This document shows, piece after piece, positions 46,913 through 55,449 of a stretch of DNA of 61,000 nt. The number at the start of each line of letters is the position of its first letter. The first letter of the stretch is position 1. This DNA is from Clostridia bacterium (GTDB taxonomy: Bacteria > Bacillota > Clostridia > Oscillospirales > CAG-272). Where the stretch lies: assembly GCA_017456985.1 (NCBI GenBank), contig JAFTIH010000023.1, forward strand, positions 1 through 61,000, written 5' to 3'. The notes under the pieces were generated by a model that was given only the letters and a program-made list of their open reading frames with translations, was not told the DNA's origin and did no database searches. The translations under genes were made by a program, and so were the position numbers.

Positions 46913-48153
46913 GAGAAAAGCTCCTTTTTGATTTGTGCTATCGTGTCGGGAAGATACCCGTTTGGCTTCACCGTGACGTCGGCGGCGGCGAGATAGAGGG
47001 GAAGCCGCTCACGGTAGCGCGCTTCGATTGCCTCGCGCGTGGAAGCGGTGGGACGGTCGGCGGTGGGGTAAAGGCTGTCAAGATCGCGGTCAAGGAAGAA
47101 CAGCCGCCCGTTTTGTTTTAAGCGCGCGACGTTTTCGCTTCGTAATACGACGCCGCCGCCCGTGGCGATGATGAGTCCCGTTTTTGCGGCGTATTTGGCG
47201 ACCGTTTCTGCTTCAAGGTCGCGAAAGCGTGCCTCGCCGTCCTCGCGGAAGATGGTGGGAATGTCGCGCCCCGCGTCTGCGACGAGCGCCGCGTCAAGGT
47301 CGATAAGCTCGCGATTCAATTCGCGCGCGAGCGCCCGTCCCGCCGTCGTTTTGCCCGAGGCGGGCATCCCGATCAGCACGACGTTTTCCTTGCTCCGCAA
47401 AATGCGCTTGTAGGTGTTTGAAAGTGCCGCAGAGGAAAGGCTCTTGTCAAGAAAGATCTCGGCGGCGCGAAAGGCTTGTGCGACGAGCATATACAGTCCG
47501 CCCGACGCGGGGATCCCGCGCGCGAGCGCATCCTGAACGAGTCGGGTGCGAAGGGGATTATACACGGCGTCAAAGACGCACGAAAGGGCGGGGAACGCGT
47601 CAAGCGAAATGGGGGACGCGTCCGCATTCGGATACATACCCACGGGGGTGGTATTGAAGATCACGGCGGCGTCGGTGTGATGCGCAAGGGCTTCCTCGTA
47701 AGAAACGGTGTCCTCCTCGCGCGGGGTACGGCTGACACGCAAGATCGACGCGGCGCCCAAAGAGCGAAGCGCGGCGCGCGCCGTGAGCGAGGTGCCGCCC
47801 GTGCCGAGGATGAGCGCCTTTTTGCCCGCAAGAGAGGTGACGCCCATTTTGGCAAGCGCGGCGCAGATGCCGTAAAAATCCGTGTTGTAGCCGTAGAGCT
47901 TGCCCTCGCGGTTGACGACGGTGTTGACCGCGCCGATCTCCTTTGCCTCGGGAGAGATCTGTGCAAGATAGGGGATCACCGCCTGCTTGTAGGGGATGGT
48001 GACGTTGACGGCGCGAAATGCGCGCTTGGTGAGAAAGTCGTCAAGGTCCCCCTTCGGGATCTCGCACAAGGTGTAATCGTAGTCGGCAAGAAGGGTGTGG
48101 ATCTCCTTTGAAAAGCTGTGTCCCAGCTTCTCGCCTATCAGTCCATATTCCAT
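46909..48153 (-). CDS. aroE: Shikimate dehydrogenase - shikimate kinase fusion
   Basis: HSFSK, NVTIPYK, GAVNT, NTD, then GMPASGKTT and ATGGG kinase motifs. Confidence 0.93.
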   Translation of the reverse strand: MEYGLIGEKLGHSFSKEIHTLLADYDYTLCEIPKGDLDDFLTKRAFRAVNVTIPYKQAVIPYLAQISPEAKEIGAVNTVVNREGKLYGYNTDFYGICAALAKMGVTSLAGKKALILGTGGTSLTARAALRSLGAASILRVSRTPREEDTVSYEEALAHHTDAAVIFNTTPVGMYPNADASPISLDAFPALSCVFDAVYNPLRTRLVQDALARGIPASGGLYMLVAQAFRAAEIFLDKSLSSAALSNTYKRILRSKENVVLIGMPASGKTTAGRALARELNRELIDLDAALVADAGRDIPTIFREDGEARFRDLEAETVAKYAAKTGLIIATGGGVVLRSENVARLKQNGRLFFLDRDLDSLYPTADRPTASTREAIEARYRERLPLYLAAADVTVKPNGYLPDTIAQIKKELFS

Positions 48154-48180
48154 ATGAACTCCTTTTTTGTAAACAATTCT

Positions 48181-49278
48181 TTACTTTTTGGGGGATAAAT
48201 AGTCGGTACCGTAACGCTGTGCAAGCAGGTCACACAGCACGAGGGCGGTGACCGCATCGATAACGGCACGGGCACGATGCACGATGCAAGGGTCGTGCCT
48301 GCCGCCGAGCGCGAGCGTTTCGTTTTTGCCCGTGTCAAGCGAAACGGTCAATTGTTCCTTGTAAATAGAGGGGGTGGGCTTAACGGCAGTGCGGAAGACG
48401 ATGGGAGCGCCGTTCGTGATGCCACCGTAAATGCCGCCCGCGCGGTTGGTGAGGGTGGTCGCGCCGTTCCCTTCCGCACGCATCGGGTCGTTTGCCTCGC
48501 TTCCGCGCATCTTCGTCAGGGCAAAGCCGTCGCCGAATTCCACACCCTTAACGGCGGGAACGGAAAAGAGCATATGCGAAAGCTGGCTTTCCACGCTGTC
48601 GAAGTAGGGCTCGCCCACGCCTGAGGGCATCCCCAGCACGACGGTTTCAAGCACGCCGCCCACGCTGTCGCCCTCACCCGCGGCGGCAAGGATATACTCC
48701 TGCATTGCGGCGGCGCGTGCGTCGTCGAGCACGGGGAAGGTGGTTTCGTTGAGCGCGGCAAAATCCGCCGCAAGATCGGCGAAATCGCGGTCACGGATCT
48801 CGCCGAGCGAAGAAATGTGCGTGCCGAGCGTGATGCCGAGAGCCGCAAGCGCCTCTTTTGCGATCGCACCCGCCGCGACGAGGGGCGCCGTGATGCGTCC
48901 CGAAAAATGTCCGCCGCCGCGAAAGTCCTCAAAGCCGTGGTATTTGCAATGCGCGGTATAGTCCGCGTGACCCGGGCGCGCGAGGCGGGGGGCGTTTTCA
49001 TAATCGGTACTGCGCTTTGCGCTGTTGGGAATGAGAATGCACAGAGGTGTCCCCGTGGTCACCCCGCGAAAGACGCCGCTGACGATGCGGAAGGAATCGC
49101 TCTCCACGCGTGCGGTAGAGATCCGTCCCGCGGGGCGGCGGAGCGACAGCGCGTGCGCGATGGCGTCCTCTTTTACGGGGATGCCGGGGGCAAGCCCGTC
49201 GATGACACAGCCGATCTCTTCTCCGTGACTCTCACCAAAGAGGGTAACGGCAACGCTTTGTCCAATGGTGTTTTTCAT
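48181..49278 (-). CDS. aroC: Chorismate synthase
   Basis: GESHG, RPGHAD, RGGGHFSGR, KPTPSI, GRHDPC. Confidence 0.97.
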   Translation of the reverse strand: MKNTIGQSVAVTLFGESHGEEIGCVIDGLAPGIPVKEDAIAHALSLRRPAGRISTARVESDSFRIVSGVFRGVTTGTPLCILIPNSAKRSTDYENAPRLARPGHADYTAHCKYHGFEDFRGGGHFSGRITAPLVAAGAIAKEALAALGITLGTHISSLGEIRDRDFADLAADFAALNETTFPVLDDARAAAMQEYILAAAGEGDSVGGVLETVVLGMPSGVGEPYFDSVESQLSHMLFSVPAVKGVEFGDGFALTKMRGSEANDPMRAEGNGATTLTNRAGGIYGGITNGAPIVFRTAVKPTPSIYKEQLTVSLDTGKNETLALGGRHDPCIVHRARAVIDAVTALVLCDLLAQRYGTDYLSPKK

Positions 49279-49296
49279 ATGAGTATGCCTTTCGGT

Positions 49297-50355
49297 TCAT
49301 TTTTGGGGGAAGGCGGTGTCCATCCGCGCGCCGATCTCGCTTACGGTCAGCGTTTCAAAGCGGAAGGAGCCGATCTTGTCAACGAAAACGGTACCGATCC
49401 CCGTCGCCTCTGCCTTTTTGTCGTGGACGAGCGCGGCAAGGATCTTATCCTTGGGAAGCGCGGTGCTCGTGGGGAGCGCGAGCGCGCGGAGAATGGGCAG
49501 AAGGCGGGCGCGGACGGCATCCGAGCACATCGGAAGCATACCGAGCGCGACGCATTCGCCGTGATACAGTCCGTTTTCTCTTGCATCGGTGGCTTCGTTT
49601 TCGTCAAAGCCCGCAAGCGTTTCGATGCCGTGTCCCACGGTGTGTCCGAAGTTGAGCACGCGGCGAAGTCCTGCCTCGCGCTCATCCTCCTCGACGACGC
49701 TTTTCTTGATATTTAAGGCGGCAACGATCACCTCTTCAAGGCGCTCTTCGGCGTTCCCCTCTTCAAAGAGGGAAAAGAGCGCGGCGTCCGAGGTCGCCGC
49801 CATTTTGAGTGCTTCGCACAGCCCCGCGGAGATCTGTCGGCGGGGAAGGGTAGAAAGCACGTCGGGGTCGATCAGCACCGCGCGCGGCGGATAAAAGGCG
49901 CCGACGCAGTTTTTGATGCCGTCAAGGTTGACGGCTACCTTGCCGCCGATGGAGGAGTCCACCTGCGAAAGGAGCGTGGTGGGAACGTTGTAAAAATCAA
50001 TGCCGCGCATATAGACGGAGGCGGCGAACCCCGCAAGGTCACCCACCACGCCGCCGCCGACGGCGACCACGCAGTCGCGTCTTGTGAAGCCTGCGTCAAG
50101 TATTTTGCGGCAAAGCATTTCAAGCACGGCGAAGCTTTTACTGCCCTCCCCCGTGGGTACGGTCACGACCAGGGGCTTGGCGGCGGCAGATGCGACCGCC
50201 TCGGCATAGGCGCGAGGAACGCCCTCGTCCGTGACGACCAAGGTGCGGCGGTCAAGGGAAAACAGTGTCCCGACTGCACCGAGCATACCGCGACCTACGG
50301 TGATGGGGTAGGAGCCGCCCGCCGTGCGGACGGTCAAGCGTGTAACGTTTGACAT
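49297..50355 (-). CDS. aroB: 3-dehydroquinate synthase
   Basis: GGGVVGDLAGF, PTTLLSQVDSSIGGK, LNFGHT, HGECVA. Confidence 0.97.
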   Translation of the reverse strand: MSNVTRLTVRTAGGSYPITVGRGMLGAVGTLFSLDRRTLVVTDEGVPRAYAEAVASAAAKPLVVTVPTGEGSKSFAVLEMLCRKILDAGFTRRDCVVAVGGGVVGDLAGFAASVYMRGIDFYNVPTTLLSQVDSSIGGKVAVNLDGIKNCVGAFYPPRAVLIDPDVLSTLPRRQISAGLCEALKMAATSDAALFSLFEEGNAEERLEEVIVAALNIKKSVVEEDEREAGLRRVLNFGHTVGHGIETLAGFDENEATDARENGLYHGECVALGMLPMCSDAVRARLLPILRALALPTSTALPKDKILAALVHDKKAEATGIGTVFVDKIGSFRFETLTVSEIGARMDTAFPQK

Positions 50356-50370
50356 AACAAAACTCTCTTT

Positions 50371-51477
50371 TCAGCTTAAAATGAGGGCGGGGGAGTCGGT
50401 GTAGGTGCCCGACACCTTGATCGCGTCGCAGAAGGCGGCGAGTGCGGCAAGCATTGCCTTGCCCTGGCTCGTATCGACGTTGCCCTCTGCTTCGGCGTAG
50501 AAGTAGTAGCTCCACATATGGTTTTTGGTGGGGCGGCTGCGAAGCGTACGCAGGTTGAAGCCGAACTTACCGATGACGTCAAGCGCTTTTGCGAGCGAGC
50601 CCGCCTCGTTCTTGACGGTGAAGGTGAGAATAAATCTGCCCGCGCCTGCCACGCTTTCGGGAATGGGATGACGCGCACGGGTAAATACGGCGAAGCGCGT
50701 AGTGTTGCCCGCGCTTTCGTTGATGGCGCGCGAAAGCACCGAGAGCCCCCACAGCGCGGCGTTGTCCTCGCCTGCGATGGCGGCAACGCTCATATCCCCC
50801 GCCTCGGCGACCCGCTTTGCGGCGAGTGCGGTATTCTCCGCCTCGACCGTTTTCCAGCCGTGCTCACGGATAAAGGCACTGCACTGGGAGAGTGCTTGGG
50901 GATGGCTGACGACCGTTTTAATATCGGCGAGCGTTGCACCCTTGACGCAAAGCAGGTTTTGCGTTACCGACAGGTCGTACATTCCCGAAACGGAAAGCGA
51001 GCCCGAGAAGAGCAGGTCCGTGACCTGTGCGACCTCACCCGCGAAGGAGTTTTCAATGGGAAGAACGGCGGCGTAGCAGGCACCGCTTTCCACTGCACGG
51101 TAGGCGCTCTCAAAATCGGGATAGCCCACCGCCTCACCCTCGGGGAAGATGCGCGTGGCGGCAGAGTGTGCAAACGCGCCCTCGGTGCCGCTGTATGCGA
51201 CGCGCATTCCTTCGAGTAACAGGCTTTGATAGCTGCGGCAGACTGCCATCAGGCTTTTTTGAAAGGTGACGTAGTATTCCTTCAAGGATTCGTCCTCGAT
51301 GCGGGCGACACCGCTCGCGATCACCGCCGCCTCGCGTGCGGCGTCAAGGATGGGGAGCCCGTGCTCCTTTTTATATGCGGCGACCTCGCGCGAGGCGCAA
51401 AGGCGCTCCTCGAAAAGACGCGCCATTTCGGCGTCCACGCGGTTGATCACTTCTCTTGCTTTTTGTAAGCGGTCCAT
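50371..51477 (-). CDS. pheA: Chorismate mutase / prephenate dehydratase
   Basis: N-terminal CM2 domain; PIENS, SHPQALSQC, NTTRF, C-terminal ACT domain with SRP. Confidence 0.93.
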   Translation of the reverse strand: MDRLQKAREVINRVDAEMARLFEERLCASREVAAYKKEHGLPILDAAREAAVIASGVARIEDESLKEYYVTFQKSLMAVCRSYQSLLLEGMRVAYSGTEGAFAHSAATRIFPEGEAVGYPDFESAYRAVESGACYAAVLPIENSFAGEVAQVTDLLFSGSLSVSGMYDLSVTQNLLCVKGATLADIKTVVSHPQALSQCSAFIREHGWKTVEAENTALAAKRVAEAGDMSVAAIAGEDNAALWGLSVLSRAINESAGNTTRFAVFTRARHPIPESVAGAGRFILTFTVKNEAGSLAKALDVIGKFGFNLRTLRSRPTKNHMWSYYFYAEAEGNVDTSQGKAMLAALAAFCDAIKVSGTYTDSPALILS

Positions 51478-51512
51478 AAAAAACTCCTTTTGCTTGGCGA
51501 AGACAAGCGGGA

Positions 51513-52703
51513 TCAGTGTAAGCCGTACTCCTTGGCGAGCGCCGCGAAGGCGGGCAGGGAGCGGCGGATCTGCTCGGTGGTCACGCAGTATGCGATGCGC
51601 ACGTAGCCCGGGCAGGCAAAGTCGTCACCCGGCACGAGAAGAAGCTCGTACTTCTTGGCGCGCTCGCAGAAGGCGTTCGCGTCGGGCTCGGGGGATTTCA
51701 TAAAGAGGTAGAAGGCGCCCTCGGGCTTCTTTAAGGTAAAGCCGTAATCGGAAAGCCCCTCGTAAAGCAGGTCGCGGTTGGTCTTGTAGGTGTCAATATC
51801 GGCAGTCAAGCCGAGGCACGCAGGCAACAGCTTTTGGAAAAGGCTGGGCGCGCACACGTAGCCGAGCGATCTGCCCGCGCCGCAAACGGCGGCATATACC
51901 GCGTCGTGCTCCTTTGCCGTGGGGGACACGAGCACGTAGCCGATGCGCTCACCCGGCAGGGAAAGCGATTTCGAGAAGGAGTAGCAAACAAGCGTGTCGT
52001 CGTAGTAGCGGGTCGCGTAAGGAACCGTCACACCGTCGTAAACCAGCTCGCGATAGGGCTCGTCCGCGATCAGGTAGATCACGTGTCCGTATTTTGCTTC
52101 TGCCGCGCGAAGCGCGTCAGCAAGGCGGATGAGCGACGCTTCCGAAATGACGGCGCCCGAGGGGTTGTTCGGGGAGTTGATGATGACGGCGGCGGTGCGC
52201 GCCGAGAGGGCGTCGGCAAGCGCGTCAAAGTTGATCTCAAAGTTTTCTTCGTCCGCAGGAACGACGCAAAGCGATGCGCCCGCCTGCTCGGTAAAGACGC
52301 GGTATTCGGGGAAGAAGGGCGCAAAGGCGATGACCTCCTCACCCTCGCCTGCAACGGCGGAAAGGCAAGCCGAGAGGGAAGCGGCGGCGCCCACCGTCAT
52401 ATAAAGGTCGCCGACGCTTGCGCCGACGCCGTAGGTCTTGTTTAAGTAATCTGCGATGGCGCGTCTGACGCCTGCGTCACCGGGGGCGGAGGTGTAGCCG
52501 TGCAAAGCGACCGAGTCGGTCGCCGACAACAGGCGGATGAGCTCCTCGTTCACCGCGTCGGGCGCGGGAACGCTGGGGTTGCCGAGGCTGAAATCAAAAA
52601 CGTTTTCGGCGCCGATCGCGGCACGACGCGCGTTGCCGTATTCAAAGATCTCGCGGATGACGGAGCGTTTTTCTCCAAGTGCTTGCATTTTTTTTACGAT
52701 CAT
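51513..52703 (-). CDS. Class I/II PLP aminotransferase (probable aromatic aminotransferase)
   Basis: NSPNNPSG, DEPY, SFSKSLSLPGERIG; first gene of aro operon; RBS AAAGGAG. Confidence 0.9.
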   Translation of the reverse strand: MIVKKMQALGEKRSVIREIFEYGNARRAAIGAENVFDFSLGNPSVPAPDAVNEELIRLLSATDSVALHGYTSAPGDAGVRRAIADYLNKTYGVGASVGDLYMTVGAAASLSACLSAVAGEGEEVIAFAPFFPEYRVFTEQAGASLCVVPADEENFEINFDALADALSARTAAVIINSPNNPSGAVISEASLIRLADALRAAEAKYGHVIYLIADEPYRELVYDGVTVPYATRYYDDTLVCYSFSKSLSLPGERIGYVLVSPTAKEHDAVYAAVCGAGRSLGYVCAPSLFQKLLPACLGLTADIDTYKTNRDLLYEGLSDYGFTLKKPEGAFYLFMKSPEPDANAFCERAKKYELLLVPGDDFACPGYVRIAYCVTTEQIRRSLPAFAALAKEYGLH

Positions 52704-52722
52704 TGGTTCGTCTCCTTTTGTG

Positions 52723-52781
52723 GTTAACATTGTTAACTCGTTGATTGACGCCATTATACCGCTTTTTTCGCCGTTTGTCAA
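52723..52781 (-). promoter_or_regulatory. aro operon sigma-A promoter and palindromic operator
   Basis: TTGACA(52781-52776)-17bp-TATAAT(52758-52753); palindrome GTTAACA-T-TGTTAAC at 52723-52737. Confidence 0.8.
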
Positions 52782-52810
52782 GGGTTTTGGGAAAAAAATA
52801 GATTTTATGC

Positions 52811-52871
52811 TTGCTTTTTTCACTTTTTCGTGTTATAATCGCAATAAAGAAGGATGATAAACAGTGTTAAC
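52811..52871 (+). promoter_or_regulatory. tetR promoter and second operator copy
   Basis: TTGCTT-17bp-TATAAT (TG extended); ATAAACAGTGTTAAC at 52857-52871 matches 12/15 of the first operator. Confidence 0.7.
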
Positions 52872-52893
52872 TAAACCGAAAAGGGAAAAAGAA

Positions 52894-53505
52894 ATGAAAA
52901 AAACGGATACGGACAAGCTGCGGGAGGATTTCTTTGGGGAAGAGCCCGCCGCCGCCCCTGATCTACGCGAGAGTCTTTTGCTTGCGGGGATCGCGGAGCT
53001 TGAGGCGCACGGACTGTCGGGCTTTTCGCTTCGCCGCGTCGCCGCCGCTTGCGGCGTTTCCTGCGCCGCCCCCTATAAGCATTTTAAGGACAAGGACGCC
53101 CTGATCGCGGCGATCCTTGCGTATATTCACGAAAAATGGGCGCTCCTTGAGCGCCATATCTGCACGGCGTTTCCCAAGGGGGGCGCCGCCCGCCTGATCG
53201 AGCTGTGCCTTGCGGACATCCGCTTTTGGATCGGCAATCCGCATTTCCGCTCGGTGCATATGATGGAGCGCGATGCGCACGCCGAGGGCTGGGCGCGTCT
53301 TGGTCCTGAGGCGGAGAGAGAGCTTGCCTCGCTGTGCGACGCGACGGGTGCGGACCCGCTGCGCACGGCGTACACCCTGCGCTCGCTCGTTTACGGTGCG
53401 ATCCTGATGCTTGAGGACGGCACGCTCAAAAACACGCCCGAGAGCTTTCGGATGCTGCGTGCAGCCTTTACGGAAACCGTTCTGCGCGTGACGGGTGCGG
53501 TGTAA
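52894..53505 (+). CDS. TetR/AcrR family transcriptional regulator
   Basis: GLSGFSLRRVAAACGVSCAAPYKHFKDKDAL HTH. Confidence 0.92.
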   Translation: MKKTDTDKLREDFFGEEPAAAPDLRESLLLAGIAELEAHGLSGFSLRRVAAACGVSCAAPYKHFKDKDALIAAILAYIHEKWALLERHICTAFPKGGAARLIELCLADIRFWIGNPHFRSVHMMERDAHAEGWARLGPEAERELASLCDATGADPLRTAYTLRSLVYGAILMLEDGTLKNTPESFRMLRAAFTETVLRVTGAV

Positions 53506-53620
53506 GGGATAGAAAAAACAAAAAGAAAAGCAGTCGCACACCGTCGCCCCCTTGCATACAATGGTATCGTAGGGCACCCCCCTACGGGTAACACCCATCA
53601 ATGCAACTTTGGAGGACGCT

Positions 53621-53716
53621 ATGAATAACAACTGTCTGTGCCATCTTTTTGACGATAACTGCACTTGGATCATCATCCTCGCTCTGATCGTCGTATTCTG
53701 CTGCTGCTGCAACTGA
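53621..53716 (+). CDS. 31-aa Cys-rich single-TM peptide (not in ORF track)
   Basis: GGAGG RBS at 53611; MNNNCLCHLFDDNCTWIIILALIVVFCCCCN; CATACAAT upstream; terminator immediately downstream. Confidence 0.8.
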   Translation: MNNNCLCHLFDDNCTWIIILALIVVFCCCCN

Positions 53717-53727
53717 ACATAAGCGCA

Positions 53728-53764
53728 TCCGCGGCTGCCCGAGCGGCAGCCGCGGACTTTTTTT
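53728..53764 (+). terminator. Intrinsic terminator
   Basis: TCCGCGGCTGCC-CGAGC-GGCAGCCGCGGA followed by T-tract. Confidence 0.85.
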
Positions 53765-53855
53765 ATAAAAAAACGGAAAGCATCTTGATTTTACAGAAAA
53801 AGTGTGGTAAAATAACCTGTGTTATAAAGATTTTCTCGAAAGGAAACGACAGTTT

Positions 53856-55376
53856 ATGAAAAAGCATAACGGCTTTGCCAGCTCTCTTGGCTTTGTTCTT
53901 GCTTCGGCAGGAAGCGCGGTGGGTCTGGGCAACATCTGGGGCTTCCCCTACAAAACGGGCGCAAACGGCGGCGCTGCCTTCGTTCTCGTTTATATTCTGA
54001 TGGCACTTCTTCTCGGCATCGTGGGTATGACGGTGGAGATGTACGTGGGTAAGCGCGCACAGGCGAACCCCGTCACGGCAGTAAAAAAGATCAATTCCAA
54101 AATCGGATTTGTCGGATTGCTTTCCGTTATCGTTCCGTTTTTTATCATTTGCTACTACTCCGTGCTTGGCGGCTATACGATGCGCGGCATCGTTTCCTCC
54201 TTCACCGATATCGGCAAGGATGCGGCGGGCGTATCGGCGGGACTTTCCGATTTTATGGCGAACCCCTGGCTCCCCGCGCTTTGCACCTTCCTCTTCCTCG
54301 GACTTGCCGTGTTCATCATTATGGGCGGCGTGCAGAAGGGCATTGAGAAGGCGTCCAAGGTGCTGATGCCCTTACTGTTCATCATCCTTCTCGGCGTGAT
54401 GATCTACTCGCTTTGTCTGGGTGAGGGTGTCAAGGCGGGTCTTGACTTCTATATCCTCAAAGCGGACTTCAAGGCGCTCGGCTTCAAGGGCGTTGCCGCC
54501 GCGATGGGACAGGTCTTCTTCTCGATGTCGCTCGGTATGGGTATTATGATCACCTACGGCTCCTACACGGGCAAGGAGATCAACCTCTTCAAGAGCGCCG
54601 TGCAGATCAGCCTGATCGATACCGCGATCGCCTTAATGGCAGGCTTTGCCATCTTCCCCGCCGCATTCCACTTTATGGAGGTGGAGGGAATTGCCGCATC
54701 CGAGGTCGGACTTGGCGGCTTTGCGCTGATGTTTATGACGCTCCCGCTCGTCTTCAATTCTCTTGGTACCGTGGGTGGTATTATCGGCGCGTTCTTCTTC
54801 TTAATGGTCACGATTGCCGCGATCACCTCCGTCGTTTCGCTCGTTGAGGTCGTGACGCAGTTCTTTATCCAGAAGTTCCGCATCAGCCGTAAGCGTGCGG
54901 CAGTGCTTCCGATGATCCTTGCGCTTGCGATCTCCATTCCCGTGTCGCTTTCGCTCGGCGGTCACTTCACGCTCTTCGGCTTTGATCTGCTGACCTTCTT
55001 CGATGAGATCACCAATACCGTTTTGATGCCCGTAACCGCACTTTGCGTTTGCGTTGCGGCAGGCTTCGGCATCAAGCGCCGTGAGTTTGAGGACAATATC
55101 TACGTCGGCAAGCCCATCGTTGGTCGCATCATCTCCTTTATGGCGCGTTTCGTTACGCCCCTCCTGATCCTCGTGGTTGCCATTTTTGGCATTTACAGCA
55201 ACGTATCCGTCAACGTAAATTACTTTGCCGTGATCAACACCGCCTTCCTTTTGGCGGCAGTCGCGTTCGCCGTTTACTTCCTGTCGCTCGTTCGTGTGGG
55301 TGATACGGACACGGGCTGCAACGCAGACGAGCTTGGCTACGAGGGCGACGCAGACCCTGCCGACGCGGCAGAATAA
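53856..55376 (+). CDS. Sodium-dependent transporter, NSS/SNF family
   Basis: AGSAVGLGNIWGFPY...NGGAAF, GIEKASK, QVFFSMSLG, YGSY. Confidence 0.93.
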   Translation: MKKHNGFASSLGFVLASAGSAVGLGNIWGFPYKTGANGGAAFVLVYILMALLLGIVGMTVEMYVGKRAQANPVTAVKKINSKIGFVGLLSVIVPFFIICYYSVLGGYTMRGIVSSFTDIGKDAAGVSAGLSDFMANPWLPALCTFLFLGLAVFIIMGGVQKGIEKASKVLMPLLFIILLGVMIYSLCLGEGVKAGLDFYILKADFKALGFKGVAAAMGQVFFSMSLGMGIMITYGSYTGKEINLFKSAVQISLIDTAIALMAGFAIFPAAFHFMEVEGIAASEVGLGGFALMFMTLPLVFNSLGTVGGIIGAFFFLMVTIAAITSVVSLVEVVTQFFIQKFRISRKRAAVLPMILALAISIPVSLSLGGHFTLFGFDLLTFFDEITNTVLMPVTALCVCVAAGFGIKRREFEDNIYVGKPIVGRIISFMARFVTPLLILVVAIFGIYSNVSVNVNYFAVINTAFLLAAVAFAVYFLSLVRVGDTDTGCNADELGYEGDADPADAAE

Positions 55377-55449
55377 CCCCCCCGCTTTGACTTCCTCGGT
55401 GCGTCTTTTTTAAGGCGCACCGACTTTATTTGATTTTAAGGAGAACGTG

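Noticed and set aside
46909-48153. aroE-aroK fusion as a novelty
   Set aside because: This fusion is common in Clostridia.
53520-53765. T-box riboswitch upstream of the NSS transporter
   Set aside because: No T-box consensus (AAnnnGGGTGGnACC) before the terminator; the region is explained by a small ORF with its own RBS, and the transporter has its own promoter-like TTGATT-17-TAAAAT.
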